NCBI GenBank assembly: GCA_024679065.1
Contig: JAGIQG010000031.1
Coordinates: forward strand, 17,608,001-17,672,000
Length of the DNA stretch: 64,000 bases
Direction: 5' to 3'
DNA from: Sphyrna mokarran
Taxonomy: Eukaryota
The position numbers and the translations under genes were made by a program. The number at the start of each line of letters is the position of its first letter. Positions within the stretch are counted from its first letter, which is position 1. The notes beneath the pieces were generated by a model. The model was not told the origin of the DNA and did no database searches. It worked only from the letters and a program-made list of their open reading frames with translations. Below are positions 1-12,155 of the stretch, in pieces.

Positions 1-19
1 ATGACCTATTGAGCAAGGG

Positions 20-513
<494 letters not shown>

Positions 514-3500
514 TAAGCCGTTTCATCAATCACCTTTTAGTCAGCTGTGAGTGAAGTCTTCGAATTGTGCCTAAGTGTTACCTACATTCTGTACATCAGA
601 CATCATGGCTATTTATGCCTGGCTGTTTCAAAGGGATCACTTTGCAATTGGCTAAGCACCACCTCACTCATGCTGTTGTGGGAATACAAACTGATGCTGA
701 CACTTAGAATGGTTGTCTGATATGAAATATTGACCCTCTCAATTACACTCATTATAGGGGGAGTATTCACTGTTTACACAGGGTGGCAGCAAATTGGAAT
801 TACTTTTACCTTTTTGATAGCCAGCAGATGGAAATCAGGCATTGTATCAAATGGATAGTCAATACAGCCAAAGTGAAAATATGCCCCAGATAACACCTTC
901 ATAGCACTGTGCACATGTTGGGAAAACCGCCATCTAGCTACTTGCTTTTTTTGTTTTGCTGGTTTGTGTCCCAGTTGAGCTGCATGATTCAACGTGCTGC
1001 CTCTTTGCACCTCTTCAAATAGATTGAACTCCTCAACATTTAACGGTAAGCCCAGAGAGAATCCCTCGTTACAGTGTGGAGGAGTTACTAAACAGAAAAG
1101 AGCACTTCAGGGAATAAAAGAAACCAAGGGAGAGAAACTGAGCCAAGCACATTTAGAACTTTCAACAGATGGGAGCCCATCCAGCCTATCAACCTTTCAA
1201 AATACAAATTACATCTGATCTGATTTTAGTCAATAGCATCAACCATTTGTGAAATTACTTATTCTCTTTAGACTTCAAATAATAAATCTTTAAACTCCTC
1301 ATTTATGTTTTGAATTAATTTTAAATTTATGAGCCCACCCTGCCACTCCCCACTAACTGTGATTCCATCAATAACTGATATGAGAGGTTGTCTTCCCTCT
1401 GTACTGATTGAAGCCTGTTGAGGTAAGATACTGCTGTGAGTTCAAGTCCAATTTCAGTGTGATCTGAGTCCCAAATCTGACATCAGTCAAAGTAGTCAAT
1501 GCACAATCTGTACCATTAGGTTCAAAAATGGCTCAATTAGAGTGGATTATGCGAGGTTTTATTTAGCAGAATGCTGCTTGCACGTTATCTTTTATCCCCA
1601 GTCAAGTATTCCAATCATCTAGACAGCGACAACTCCTTTCGACTCTCACTTGTTTCTTCAGCTTCTTCCAATCCCTGCCCTGTAGTGGCCAGAGGACCAT
1701 TAATGTAGCAACCGGTAATTGTCAGTCCTCCTCAATCAATCAGAAATATCTCAGTTAGGATGGTGCAGATGAGATGAACAAGTAGCCACCACACGTTGCT
1801 GAGTCCTGTCACCAAACTACTTCACTTCTAGTTTTCAGATTCCCACCAATCAGTATAATGTAAACTAGTGATCTGCATCAAAGTATGTTTCATGCATTAT
1901 TTGTATAACAGTGATCATTGCAATAGATCTGATTTGTAAACACTGCAAAGAATGTCTGCTACTGACCACAAATGCAACAAAAATATCTAACAAATTTCAT
2001 AATTCATACAACCTTGTGTTCTCATGTGAGTAAGAACCACACTGATGTCAGGATCTTACAACTGCCTGTGGCCAGAAGCAGAATGAGAAATATGAAACTT
2101 TATTTGGGACAGTAAGTGGGGGAATACAGTGGTAAGGCAAAATTTAGCTTTCAACTTCAAAAACCTGGTGCTGAAGTCATGACTCAGAAGATGAAATTCT
2201 GCTGATGTGCTGAATCCAATTTATTGATATGATGTGTCAGAATTGTTGACTGGATTGCCATTTGCTTCAGGCCCCACAATATGGACATACATATTTAATA
2301 CCAACAGAACCAAATTGAAGAAAAAAGAAAAGCCATGATGTCTGTAGAACAAATTGCACTTTCTTTTGTAATCTTTGATCATACAGCAGTGATCCTGTTA
2401 AAGCGCTAGTTAAGAAGATATGCCTAGCAGGGTTTTTGGGGTCATTGTCATGGTAGATAGGCACTTAAAGAACAACCGGCTGTAGGCCTTGAACATTAAG
2501 GAAGTTCCAGTAAATTTACTGTTTTTTTTTGTTGGTCACCTTGAGCAAAAAAAGCAAACTGTAACTGATTATTAAAAGACAAGAATGCTCAAAACCTATC
2601 ACTGAGTTATTGGGGAGAAGGTGAGAGAGAGATTTTTGGAATTGTGATACACTTGGTTTCCGGGTGATATCACACAAGCTGAATTGTTCTTTGATTTTGC
2701 ACAGGTGAGTTGAAACATTTGAGTAGACACTGCGTGTTGTCAGATTTGAAAGGAAGGTTGCAAAACTTTTCCATGTTGAAATATCACTCCTGAAAGCTGA
2801 TAAACCTTCAGAGGATAGTTTCTTGATTCACCGCAAATTGAAAAGTTGTAGAGCAAGTCATTCCACTCTCTAAGTTCTAGCTTCCATTCATTCCCATTTG
2901 TAACACTGTTCATTGTAATAAGTATATTCTATTCATTGCCCACTCCTGAGCTCCAAATACGTACCTCCCTTCATTCTCAGTGTCAACCTTGAGGTGTGCT
3001 CCAGGCCTTTTCCACATGAGGGAATATCTTTGACCCTCTCTTAGTCTTTCCTTCCTTCTACATGCCATACCTTATTAAAATCTACTATTACTTTATCTTT
3101 TCACCTATTATTCTTGAGCATGGAGATTTCCTGAAACACGTAAGCTTTACTCTCTTGTCCCGAGTAATCCATAAAGAAAAGTCTCCTGCTCGTGGCCAAC
3201 TGCTGAACAAGTTCAAAAACAGATCTGAAGCTTGGACATTTCTGCTCAGTTGCTTACCTCCAGGGTGCATTCTCTGGGACCATTATATAATTCAATGTTT
3301 TGTCCCATGTCCCAGATCAGGCCTTTGCAAGAAGTGTCTTGTCTGCATTTCTCATGTTTTATAGGTAATTATTTTGCAAATGTGTTGGGTGTGGTAGGTA
3401 CACGACTTATTTTTGGAGCTGTCCTATTGATGGGGGTTCGGGGAGTGGATCTAGCAAGTAACTGAAGTTTCAGAAGCACACACGTGTGCAGACCACCTCC

Positions 3501-4112
3501 CCGCCCCAACCCCGCCTAAGACTCGTAGGTTGGGTAATGGGTAGGTGGTAGTTGGGAAGTTTCAAGGGTTCATCATTATGCCTTATTTTGGGATCGGACT
3601 TATTCAGACAATAAGAGATAAAGAAATTACAAATCAGTTGTCGAAAAGGGAGACACCATATCAAGGCAATTCTGAAAGATCTATTTTCAGGGTGGTCTGT
3701 ATGTTTAAAATCTGAAAAAAAGTAAATAATTCCCACCAGCAAGCAGATCACTTATCAAATCATGATCATCTTTCCATAATGATAACTCAGATGGAAAAAG
3801 AATGTATAATAGACTTATATAATAGACTTGAGTTAGTGAGCAGGAATTGCTTGCCACCACTCTTACAAAGCAAAGCTCTTCAAGGCTGGACGTCGAATTT
3901 CTCAGTGGTAAACTTTGGGCTGCCTTTGTCTCAACCATATTGATCAAGAAGATTTGGTCTTTGTTTTTCAATGGAGAAACTGAATTGGTGCAACTCACCA
4001 CCACAGTCACAACTAAGCTGGGCAAAGTAAATCAAGTGGTGGTTAGCTCTAGGTACACTTAAGTTCTGAAAGCCTGCATGTCAAGGGAAAGAGGGACTGC
4101 TAATAGATGTGG

Positions 4113-4470
4113 GAACATAAGAACTAGGAGTAGGGACAGGCTGGATACTGGAGCCTGTTCAGTAAGGTTGTGACTGAACTTCTATTCAACTCCAACTTTT
4201 TGCACTAACTCCAGAGTCCTTGTGCCTAATAATCTCTCGATCTTGGAGTTGAATATATCCAAATACATATTCACAGTCAAGGTACTGAATGCCAGATTTT
4301 CACAATCCTCTGAGTGAAGAAATTCCTCCTTATCTGCATCCTACATAGGTGACTTCTGATCTTGAGATTGTAAACCTCAAGTTCTGGAGTCTCCAGGCAG
4401 GGGTAACATCCTTTCCATATCTACTCTGTAAAATCTTCTAAGAATTTAGTACATTTCAGTGAGATCACTG
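4113..4470 (-). mobile_element. CR1 LINE 3' end fragment
   Basis: Tail gaacataagaactaggagtagg and ctctgagtgaagaaattcctcct, homologous to other CR1 3' ends here. Confidence 0.65.
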
Positions 4471-4504
4471 TGCTGTATAAACTTCAGGCACTGGCATTGA
4501 GATA

Positions 4505-4726
4505 AAAGCAAAATACTGCTGGAATCAGTATATGCTGGAATCTGAAACAAAAACAGAAAATGCTGGAAAATCTCAGCAGCTCTGGCAGCATCTGTGGGGA
4601 GAGAATAGAGCCAATGTTTCGAGTCTAAATGATGCTCTGACAAGGGTCATCTGGACTTGAAACGTTGGCTCCCCACAGATGCTGTCAGACCTGCTGAGAT
4701 TTTTGAGCATTTTCTGTTTTTGTTCC
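4505..4726. mobile_element. Penelope-derived palindromic (hairpin) repeat
   Basis: Arms aacaaaaacagaaaatgctggaaaatctcagcag...catctgtgggg and ccccacagatgctg...ctgctgagattt...gcattttctgtttttgtt are reverse complements; related partial copies at ~22865, ~30676 and ~34970. Confidence 0.7.
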
Positions 4727-7700
4727 GGGGCATGAACATGTCGGTTTGAAATCTTTGAATGTTCCTAGTATGGTGCTCACAAAGAAAAGCAAATGAATTG
4801 TTCAGCATTTAAGAAGTGCAATAATTGTATGTGTTCTCAGACTGTGATTAGCACATAGCCACAGAATGCTAACCCACACTGAACCCTGTCCGTTAAAAGA
4901 TATTTTCGAACTTTGAGGCCCTTGGGGGGAGAAAACGAAACAGAATATTGTGTTGATTGTTCTTGGTGTTGACATAAGGGAGTCTGCAAAGAAGAAAACA
5001 TGTAGCATGACATATTTCAGTTCAGGAACAAAAATGGAATGTTCAGAGTTGCACCTAATATAAATACAATGGAGTTATAAAGTTGGAGAAGAGCTCGAGA
5101 TGAGAGATGGGCAACCTATCACACAGTATTTAGGTAGAGTGATGCCCACTCTTTAAGCTTGAGAAAAGCCATAATTGCATCAGATATTTCATCATAATCA
5201 AAAGCATTACAGTTCCCAAATATTAACAATGGATTCATCCTGGTATTGTAATAGTCCTTTTGGGTGTCACATGGAGCATATATTTTACTTGAGGGTATGT
5301 GTAGCTTACCATTTCAATCAGGGAAATATGGAAGGATTCTGATTTATTCTGACAAATTTCCACTGGATGTGTTGACACATCGCCTTGCCTGTTAAAATGG
5401 AGTATTGCAAGAGATTAACTCACCTTGGTCGCTATGTAACTGTATAATCTAATCGATGGGAAGATAATTAAAGATGGTTTGAATTGTGTTAATAGGATCA
5501 CTGCTGTAAGGGGCTGTCCACTGTGGTCACTATTTTCTCTCGTGCCAACTGCTGAGTTATCGAGAAATGGTTCTTATTAGCAATGTTTTATTTTTTACTC
5601 TTGGGAATTGGTTGGGACTGAAAAGAGATCTTTCTACAAAAAGTGTTACATTGAGGAAAACTGACCATGTGGATGGTCCCTTAAACTTTGCATAATGTTT
5701 GGTGAGATTGGGGAAATGGGCTGTCTCTCTTGCTCTCAGTCCTATTGGTCTAGGTATTCAAAAATCCAATAATACAACACATTAGCTTTTCCTTGTATAA
5801 TTTTAATCTCATTCTTTTTACACCTCAAGCTGTTTTTGTGTATTTTCCTGTGCTTGCACATCTTCACATCTGTGATGACCAACCTTACTTGTGAATGTTT
5901 TCTGTACCTCTTTCCCTTCATGTTTCCAATATTATTAAAAAGAAGAATTTTATTTTTGTTTTAATCGTGAGTGAACTTGGGAGGAAGAGTAAGGTAATTT
6001 CTGATACTTGACTCTCTTAAAATTTGTGAATCTAAACCCCCTCTGTTTGGTTTAGGGACATGGTCACTTGTGTAAATTGGCTATTGCATTTAATCAAAGT
6101 AATTTACAAAATGGTCTTAATTAGCAATGAGGAAATAAAAGCCGAAAGAGCATTGAAAAGAGCAAATCTTTCACAAATGCCCTGCCAGGATGGGATTTAA
6201 ACATTGTGGAATTGGCAGAATGTGGTTTGATGCTTAACTTTATTGCTATCCAGACATGGTAATTGTATCTGTCCATCTCAGACAGTCTTCACAGTCCCGC
6301 TTCAACTGGTGCTAGATTTACAACCTCCAACATTGACCTGTGGCCAGACGTCAAAAATGTTACATCTTATTCTTAATCTACTTCATTGAATGCCCACTCC
6401 TTGGGGCACCTGGCTGAGGCCTCCTTTATGTAGAAGGGTCACCTTCAGTTATTAGTGCAATGAAAAAGCTTATCAATATCTAAAAATGAATTATTTTTCA
6501 AGCCAACCTAGAGATGGTTGCACTGCCTGCCAGTAGTGGAATCATGCTCAGTTATGTCTGAGCCTATGCAGGGAGCAATCCCAACAGAACTAATCCAGTA
6601 AAGTGCACTGTCCCTCCCTGAGAAATAATAACTACCTGCATCTTTTCCTCAGTTTTCAGCACAGTGCTTGAGGTGACATTTCAACCTTTTGCACTTCTCT
6701 GTTACACTTGCTGGGCACTTGTTGTCACATTCTCTCAGCATTCTTCACATCTTTTCGAAATCAGCGAATGTTTATTCATTTTCTATTCAGGGATAAGGTA
6801 TAACTCAGAGATGTTGAGATTCTTTGTTAATGAACTGATTCTGTCAAAAATAATCAAGTTAAACTGTGCCTGTGCATTGCCCCCTTAAATTGAGATTGGT
6901 GATGGGGAGATTTAAATAGATGTCTTTTTGGAATGGACCACTGTAAGAGCCAGCTTGTCTTCCCATGTTGTTGTTCTAATGTACCCAGGCTGCAAAGACC
7001 AGAATGAATCAACGGGTTTCAGACTGTGACTGCACTATTTCATCTTTTCCAAGTGATTTTTTGCACAGGTTCATAGAAAGGTTGCTCACGTGACCAAGCT
7101 TCAAATCGTCGGCCAGTGATGAGCAAGAGGTGAAGGAAGTGGGCTGAAGCAGTGATAATTGACTTGTACTTAATTTGTACAAGGGCGACAGCACCACTTT
7201 GTGTTACTTGCTAAAGTCTTTTTATATGGCATTGTTTAAAAACAAGTAGGTCGTTAGCCTCACTAGTCCAATACAATAATGTATAATTTGGCCTTTTCAA
7301 AATTGCATCACTCAAGTGATCCTCAACATTTAATTATAATAATCAGAGCAAAGCAAGACAGCCTTTCATTTTACATTGGAGGTAATAGAAAGGCTAAATA
7401 GATTTTATTTTAAATAAAGTATTCCCCCATCATCGTTGTTGTTAGTGAGACCTTTTATAACCCATCAACAAATACCGATTTTCTTTATTTTTTATGGGAT
7501 AGTATTTTAAGCTTTGGCCATCCTTACTTTCTGGTTTCCTATTGCACAGCCTGAGGTGCTTGTGTGGGTGAGGGGGACCTGCATCAGTCAGGGTCATCCC
7601 TCAGTCTTCTCGGCCAATCCTCAATCTCAGTCTCTTCAACTCATTACTACCAGAGCGACAAGACTACAACGAGCCTCCTTGTCCCTGAGCAAGCATACAG

Positions 7701-7814
7701 GGTAGGTTCAAGAGAATATCTCGGCCAGGGGACCCAACTCTCTGATTGTCAAGCCAAGGCATGCTGCAGCATCCTTCACTAATTATATTTTTTTACATTA
7801 GAATTGTAAGAAAG

Positions 7815-8235
7815 ATTAAAAGAATGACTTGCATTTAAGTAGCAATTGCATGACAGTGGGACATGCCAAATTGCTTGACAGACGATGAAGTGCTTTTGAA
7901 ATCTGGACGTTGTTGTAATGTATGCACAAACATTTTGCACCCAGCAATTGTGCAGAAACAGCAAATGTGAAAATGGTCAGCTGTTCTCGTGATGTTAGTT
8001 GAAAGACAAGTATTGGCCAGGACAATGGGAAGAATTCACCTTCTGATCTCTGAATAGTTTAGTGTCATCTTTTATAACCATTTGAGCTGGGGGGCCTTGG
8101 TTTAATGGCTCATCCAAATGAAAGCACCTCAGCTGGAAATTTTGTGTTCAAGTGTCTGCAGGCAGATTTGAACCAGCAATCTTCTGATTCAAAGATGATT
8201 GTATGCCCAGCTGTGCCATGGCTGATACCACTGCA
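7815..8235 (-). mobile_element. DeuSINE/SacSINE1-like SINE
   Basis: Reverse complement resembles the + copy at 36220-36630 (acagcaaatgtg...gatgttagttga...tattggccaggaca). Confidence 0.55.
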
Positions 8236-8873
8236 AGAACAGCCAGTGTGCAAGGACCAATCCAAAGTGCCTTTTGAACAGTGGTGTTAGACTCCAATTG
8301 TGAGCTGCCCTACAACTTATATAGTATAAACACCTGTGCAGGCCAAAAGTACAGTTCACAAATAAGATGTTTATAATCGGAGAAAGCCACCTTTTTCGGA
8401 AAAATTTGATGTGTCCTCTAAAAATATTTGGGTGGTTTTATTTTTAGCTGTTTAATACCAACTAGGATTATTATCCACAATGTGTGACTGGAATAATGTG
8501 TCGAGGACTTCCAATGTAATATTTAAACTTCCACTGAACTGTACATAAGTTACATCAGCTATCTTCAGATGAAACAACCAGGCAAGTTAGGGACCATGGA
8601 AAAAAGGCAGAAGTGCACAGTCCTACGCAATGTCCATCATGTAAATGGTATCTATTTTTACTTTTTCCGTTATGCATTCTTCTACCTGTGATAACCTTAA
8701 CACTTTTTCAGTGCAAAAATACTACATAAAGTAAGGTAATATTGGAGAACTAGTTGCAAAGTATTTTTCAAAAAGGATCAAAAAGCTCTTTCATTCCTCC
8801 ATGAAAATCAGTTTTCACTGCAAGTAAATCTGAGTGTAACTTTTACGAGGCGCTGAGCCCCCATCCCCAAGTT

Positions 8874-9928
8874 ATAGAACATAGAACACTACAGCACAAC
8901 AGGCCCTTCGGCCCACAAGTTGTGCCGAACACATCAAAACCTACCCAGCCATAGACCTATCTATAACCCCCAATCCCATTGGATCCCATATACTCATCCA
9001 GAAGTCTTTTAAAAGACCCCAGCGAGTTCGCCTCGACCACCACCGACGGCAGCCGATTCCATTCACTCACCACCCTCTGAGTGAAAAACTTTCCCCTAGC
9101 ATCCCCTCTGTACTTGCTTCCCTGCACCTTAAATCTGTGCCCTCTCGTCGCGACCATTTCAGCCCTGGGAAATAGTCTCTGAGAGTCCACCCTATCTATT
9201 CCTCTCAACATCTTGTAAACCTCTATCAGGTCGCCTCTCAACCTTCGTCTCTCCAGGGAGAACAGTCCCAGCTCCCTCAACCTGTCTTCATAAGGCATGC
9301 CTCCCAATCCAGGCAACATCCTTGTAAATCTCCTCTGCACCCTTTCAATAGCTTCCACGTCCTTCCTATAGTGAGGCGACCAGAACTGCGCACAGTACTC
9401 CAAGTGTGGTCTGACAAGGGTCCTATAAAGCTGCAGCATTACTTCCTGACTCCTGAACTCAATCCCTCGATGAATGAAGGCCAGTACACCGTAAGCTTTC
9501 TTAACTACATCCTCCACCTGGGAGGCCGATTTGAGAGTCTTATGGACCCGGACCCCAAGATCCCTCTGCTCTTCCACACAGCTAAGACTCCTACCTTTGA
9601 TAGTGTATTCATTCATTCTGTTGGATCTGCCAAAATGGACCACAACACATTTATCCGCGTTGAAGTCCATCTGCCACTTCTCCGCCCAGTCTTGCATCCT
9701 GTCGATGTCATGCTGCAACTTCTGACATCCCTCCAGACCATGCACAACACCACTGACCTTCGTGTCATCGGCGAACTTACTCACCCATCCCTCCACTTCC
9801 TCATCCAGGTCATTTACGAAAATGACAAACAGCAAGGGTCCTAGAACAGATCCCTGGGGCACTCCACTGGTGACCGACCTCCATGCAGAAAAAGAGCCAT
9901 CCACAACCAAAAGAGCCATCCACAACCA
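8874..9928 (-). mobile_element. Young 5'-truncated CR1 LINE with an uninterrupted RT C-terminal frame (322 aa, 8957-9925) and 3' UTR/tail
   Basis: Motifs SGVPQGSVLGPLLF, KFADDTK and LVRPHLEYC...WSP; (ttctatg)n tail; CpGs retained. Confidence 0.95.
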
Positions 9929-10347
9929 GTTCTGACTGAATGTTCTGGTTTAAATTGAATGCTTACCCAGGTCTTGTGGCAGAGAGTCAAGTTGGTTTAA
10001 AGATAACTGCCTTGATATTTGTGTTTAAAATATGAGAGTCGTACCTGTCAGAAATTACCTTAAAAATGGTTCCACTCTGTGTGTGTTCTTGATAAATTGA
10101 TGTTTTTGCTCAACTGTGTGAGGCCTGAAGCCAAAAGAAGTGTGAATTGCCAGTGTACGTAAGCTGGTGCTATGCTCACACCACATGGATGTCTCTTGTG
10201 CCAAAAAAAGCTGTCCGTTTCTTCCTCCTCTGTGACGATTCTCCTCTTCACTTCCACAACATTCACTAGTCCTATGGTTCTCCCCCTCCCTCTCCTTACC
10301 ACTCCCCTTCCCTCACTTGTTTCTCCTTGTCCCGCTTTGTTTTACAG

Positions 10348-10420
10348 TCACTGTATCCATCAGATTCTAGACAGTGTTAATCATATTCACCAACATGACA
10401 TAGTACACAGGGACCTGAAG
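10348..10420 (+). CDS. CAMK2B: CAMK2B exon 6a (73 nt, gamma-like alternative): (S)[24 protein letters not shown]
   Basis: Boundaries ttttacag|TCACTGTATC...GACCTGAAG|gtcagt; long pyrimidine tract upstream; HRD motif intact; phase 2 to 0. Confidence 0.92.
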
Positions 10421-11311
10421 GTCAGTATCTTCTCACCTTTACAGAAATGAAGAAAAAGACCAAAAAAAATAAAATAATGATACGCTTGAGTCTAAAATCA
10501 TGTCATGTTTACAGGTGCAGAGTTTATTCTGCCTCTTATCGTTCGTCCTCTTTTGTGTCGTTATTTTACATTTTTTTGAAAAGACTTACTTTGCATGGCT
10601 ATCACTACCATTCCGAAAAGTCTCTTGGGTATTCAGCCGTGACAGGCATTCGAAAGCAAATTGATGGGGTATAACAAAATAAGGATCAATGTTACTTGTG
10701 TCTCCAACCACCCAACTCCCTTCTGCTTTTGTGATGCTTCCATCACCTTGTATGCAAGGTAAAAAAAAAAGAATTTGTGTTGCAGTGAAAACTTGCTGCG
10801 CATATTGGAAACAGTATGCCCACCCTCCACAAACTTGTATGTGTTTAAAAGAAAAATGTTGTTCTGGAAAGCATTACCCCTCATGACCTTTGAGACTTCA
10901 AGGGCACGATTGCACTTCCACCCCTCCTGTCCTTCTTGAGTCTGTCATGCTTTATTGCTCTTGACAATGTTCTTTAAGAGAAGCACAGACTGGTTTATGG
11001 CCAGGGCCAAGCATGAGCATGGAACCACTTCCACTTCCTCGTGGCAGCTGCAACAATCTCAATTTCAACCAATTGCTGATATCAAATGAGCAGGGATTAC
11101 AGGGTCATTACGGGGTTCTGCCTGCAAGGAACTTAGTCTCAGCTTTGGAGCCAGAATGCAGACTGTTGTAGATCAACCGTAGGATTGGCCATCAGGGCAT
11201 AGGCCAGCAGTAGTGTCAGATACAGGCAACTAAGGTCGAGGTTGAGTTTGGACTGCAGTCAACTGAAGTTCAGTAATAGTGTTAGCCTGCAGGTCATTGA
11301 AGATTAAGCAG

Positions 11312-12155
11312 TGTGTTACTCCAAGGCGTTTTATGAAGTCAGACATAAATCTTTGAATTGGTCTTGGGTAAGCATATAATGGTTCACTCCTGATATGGTT
11401 CAAGTGATCCACCAGGAAGCTTTCATCAAACAAAGTTTATTAAAGAATGCAGTTGAACTAAAATGAAAAAAAATCAGCAATAATTTTTACCAATTACAAA
11501 AACACAACATTACATATATAATGTAACATTATATAAACATTATATAAATCTTAACAGCTAAATTTACTGTTCCAAATTAAATAAGCTCCGTGAACATAAG
11601 CTCTGTTCTAGGTTTGGGACAGAAAGCAAGTATGCTCACATGATGTTGGACCTTGCAGTTTTCCAATCCCTGCTGTGGATTACTGCTTTTGAATATTGAA
11701 TTGAAACGGGAAAGCTTTCCAGCTCTGCAAGTTTCAGCACACTTCAAGAGATAGAGAAACTACTTCCCTTTAGCTTCTAGCTAGCCAGCCACTGACAGCG
11801 AATTGTCAATCCCGAAAAGAGAGACAAAATACACTGCTTTCAGCCCGCAGTCCAAACAGCTTCTGCCAAAATGAAAAGAAAACTTCAGGATTTCTTCAGA
11901 GGATAAAAAAACTATCCGAAGGCACCTGACCTGTCAGACATTCTTCAGCTAACAATTCCGAAAGGGTCATAAAACTCCAAGACAATGCATGAGGCCCAGA
12001 TTAAAAATAAACAAAATGACCATTACATTGCTTCAGCAACAATTACGTGACACTGGCTCAGGCTGCATAGCATTGAAATAAAAATAACCAGCTGGCTTAA
12101 AAAAACTGGAGAAACATGGTTAAAATAGATTTCTTGAAGGCACAGTAGCATCACA
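11312..12155 (-). mobile_element. Possible solo LTR
   Basis: ~844 bp bounded by TG...CA (tgtgttac...catcaca); imperfect 4-bp flanks gcag/gctg; minus-strand AATAAA near 11436-11441; no coding remnants. Confidence 0.4.

Noticed and set aside
9371-9844. 157-aa + strand ORF
   Set aside because: It is the antisense shadow of the CR1 RT frame.
8957-9925. 322-aa reverse transcriptase ORF as a domesticated gene or retron-like system
   Set aside because: It is the 3' part of a 5'-truncated CR1 with its normal tail. The apparent start comes from the duplicated junction and the N-terminal RT motifs are missing.
10348-10420. Exon 6a as a processed pseudogene fragment of CAMK2G
   Set aside because: Homology stops exactly at the exon 6 boundaries, with intact AG/GT and a pyrimidine tract. 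No neighbouring exon sequence or poly(A) is present.
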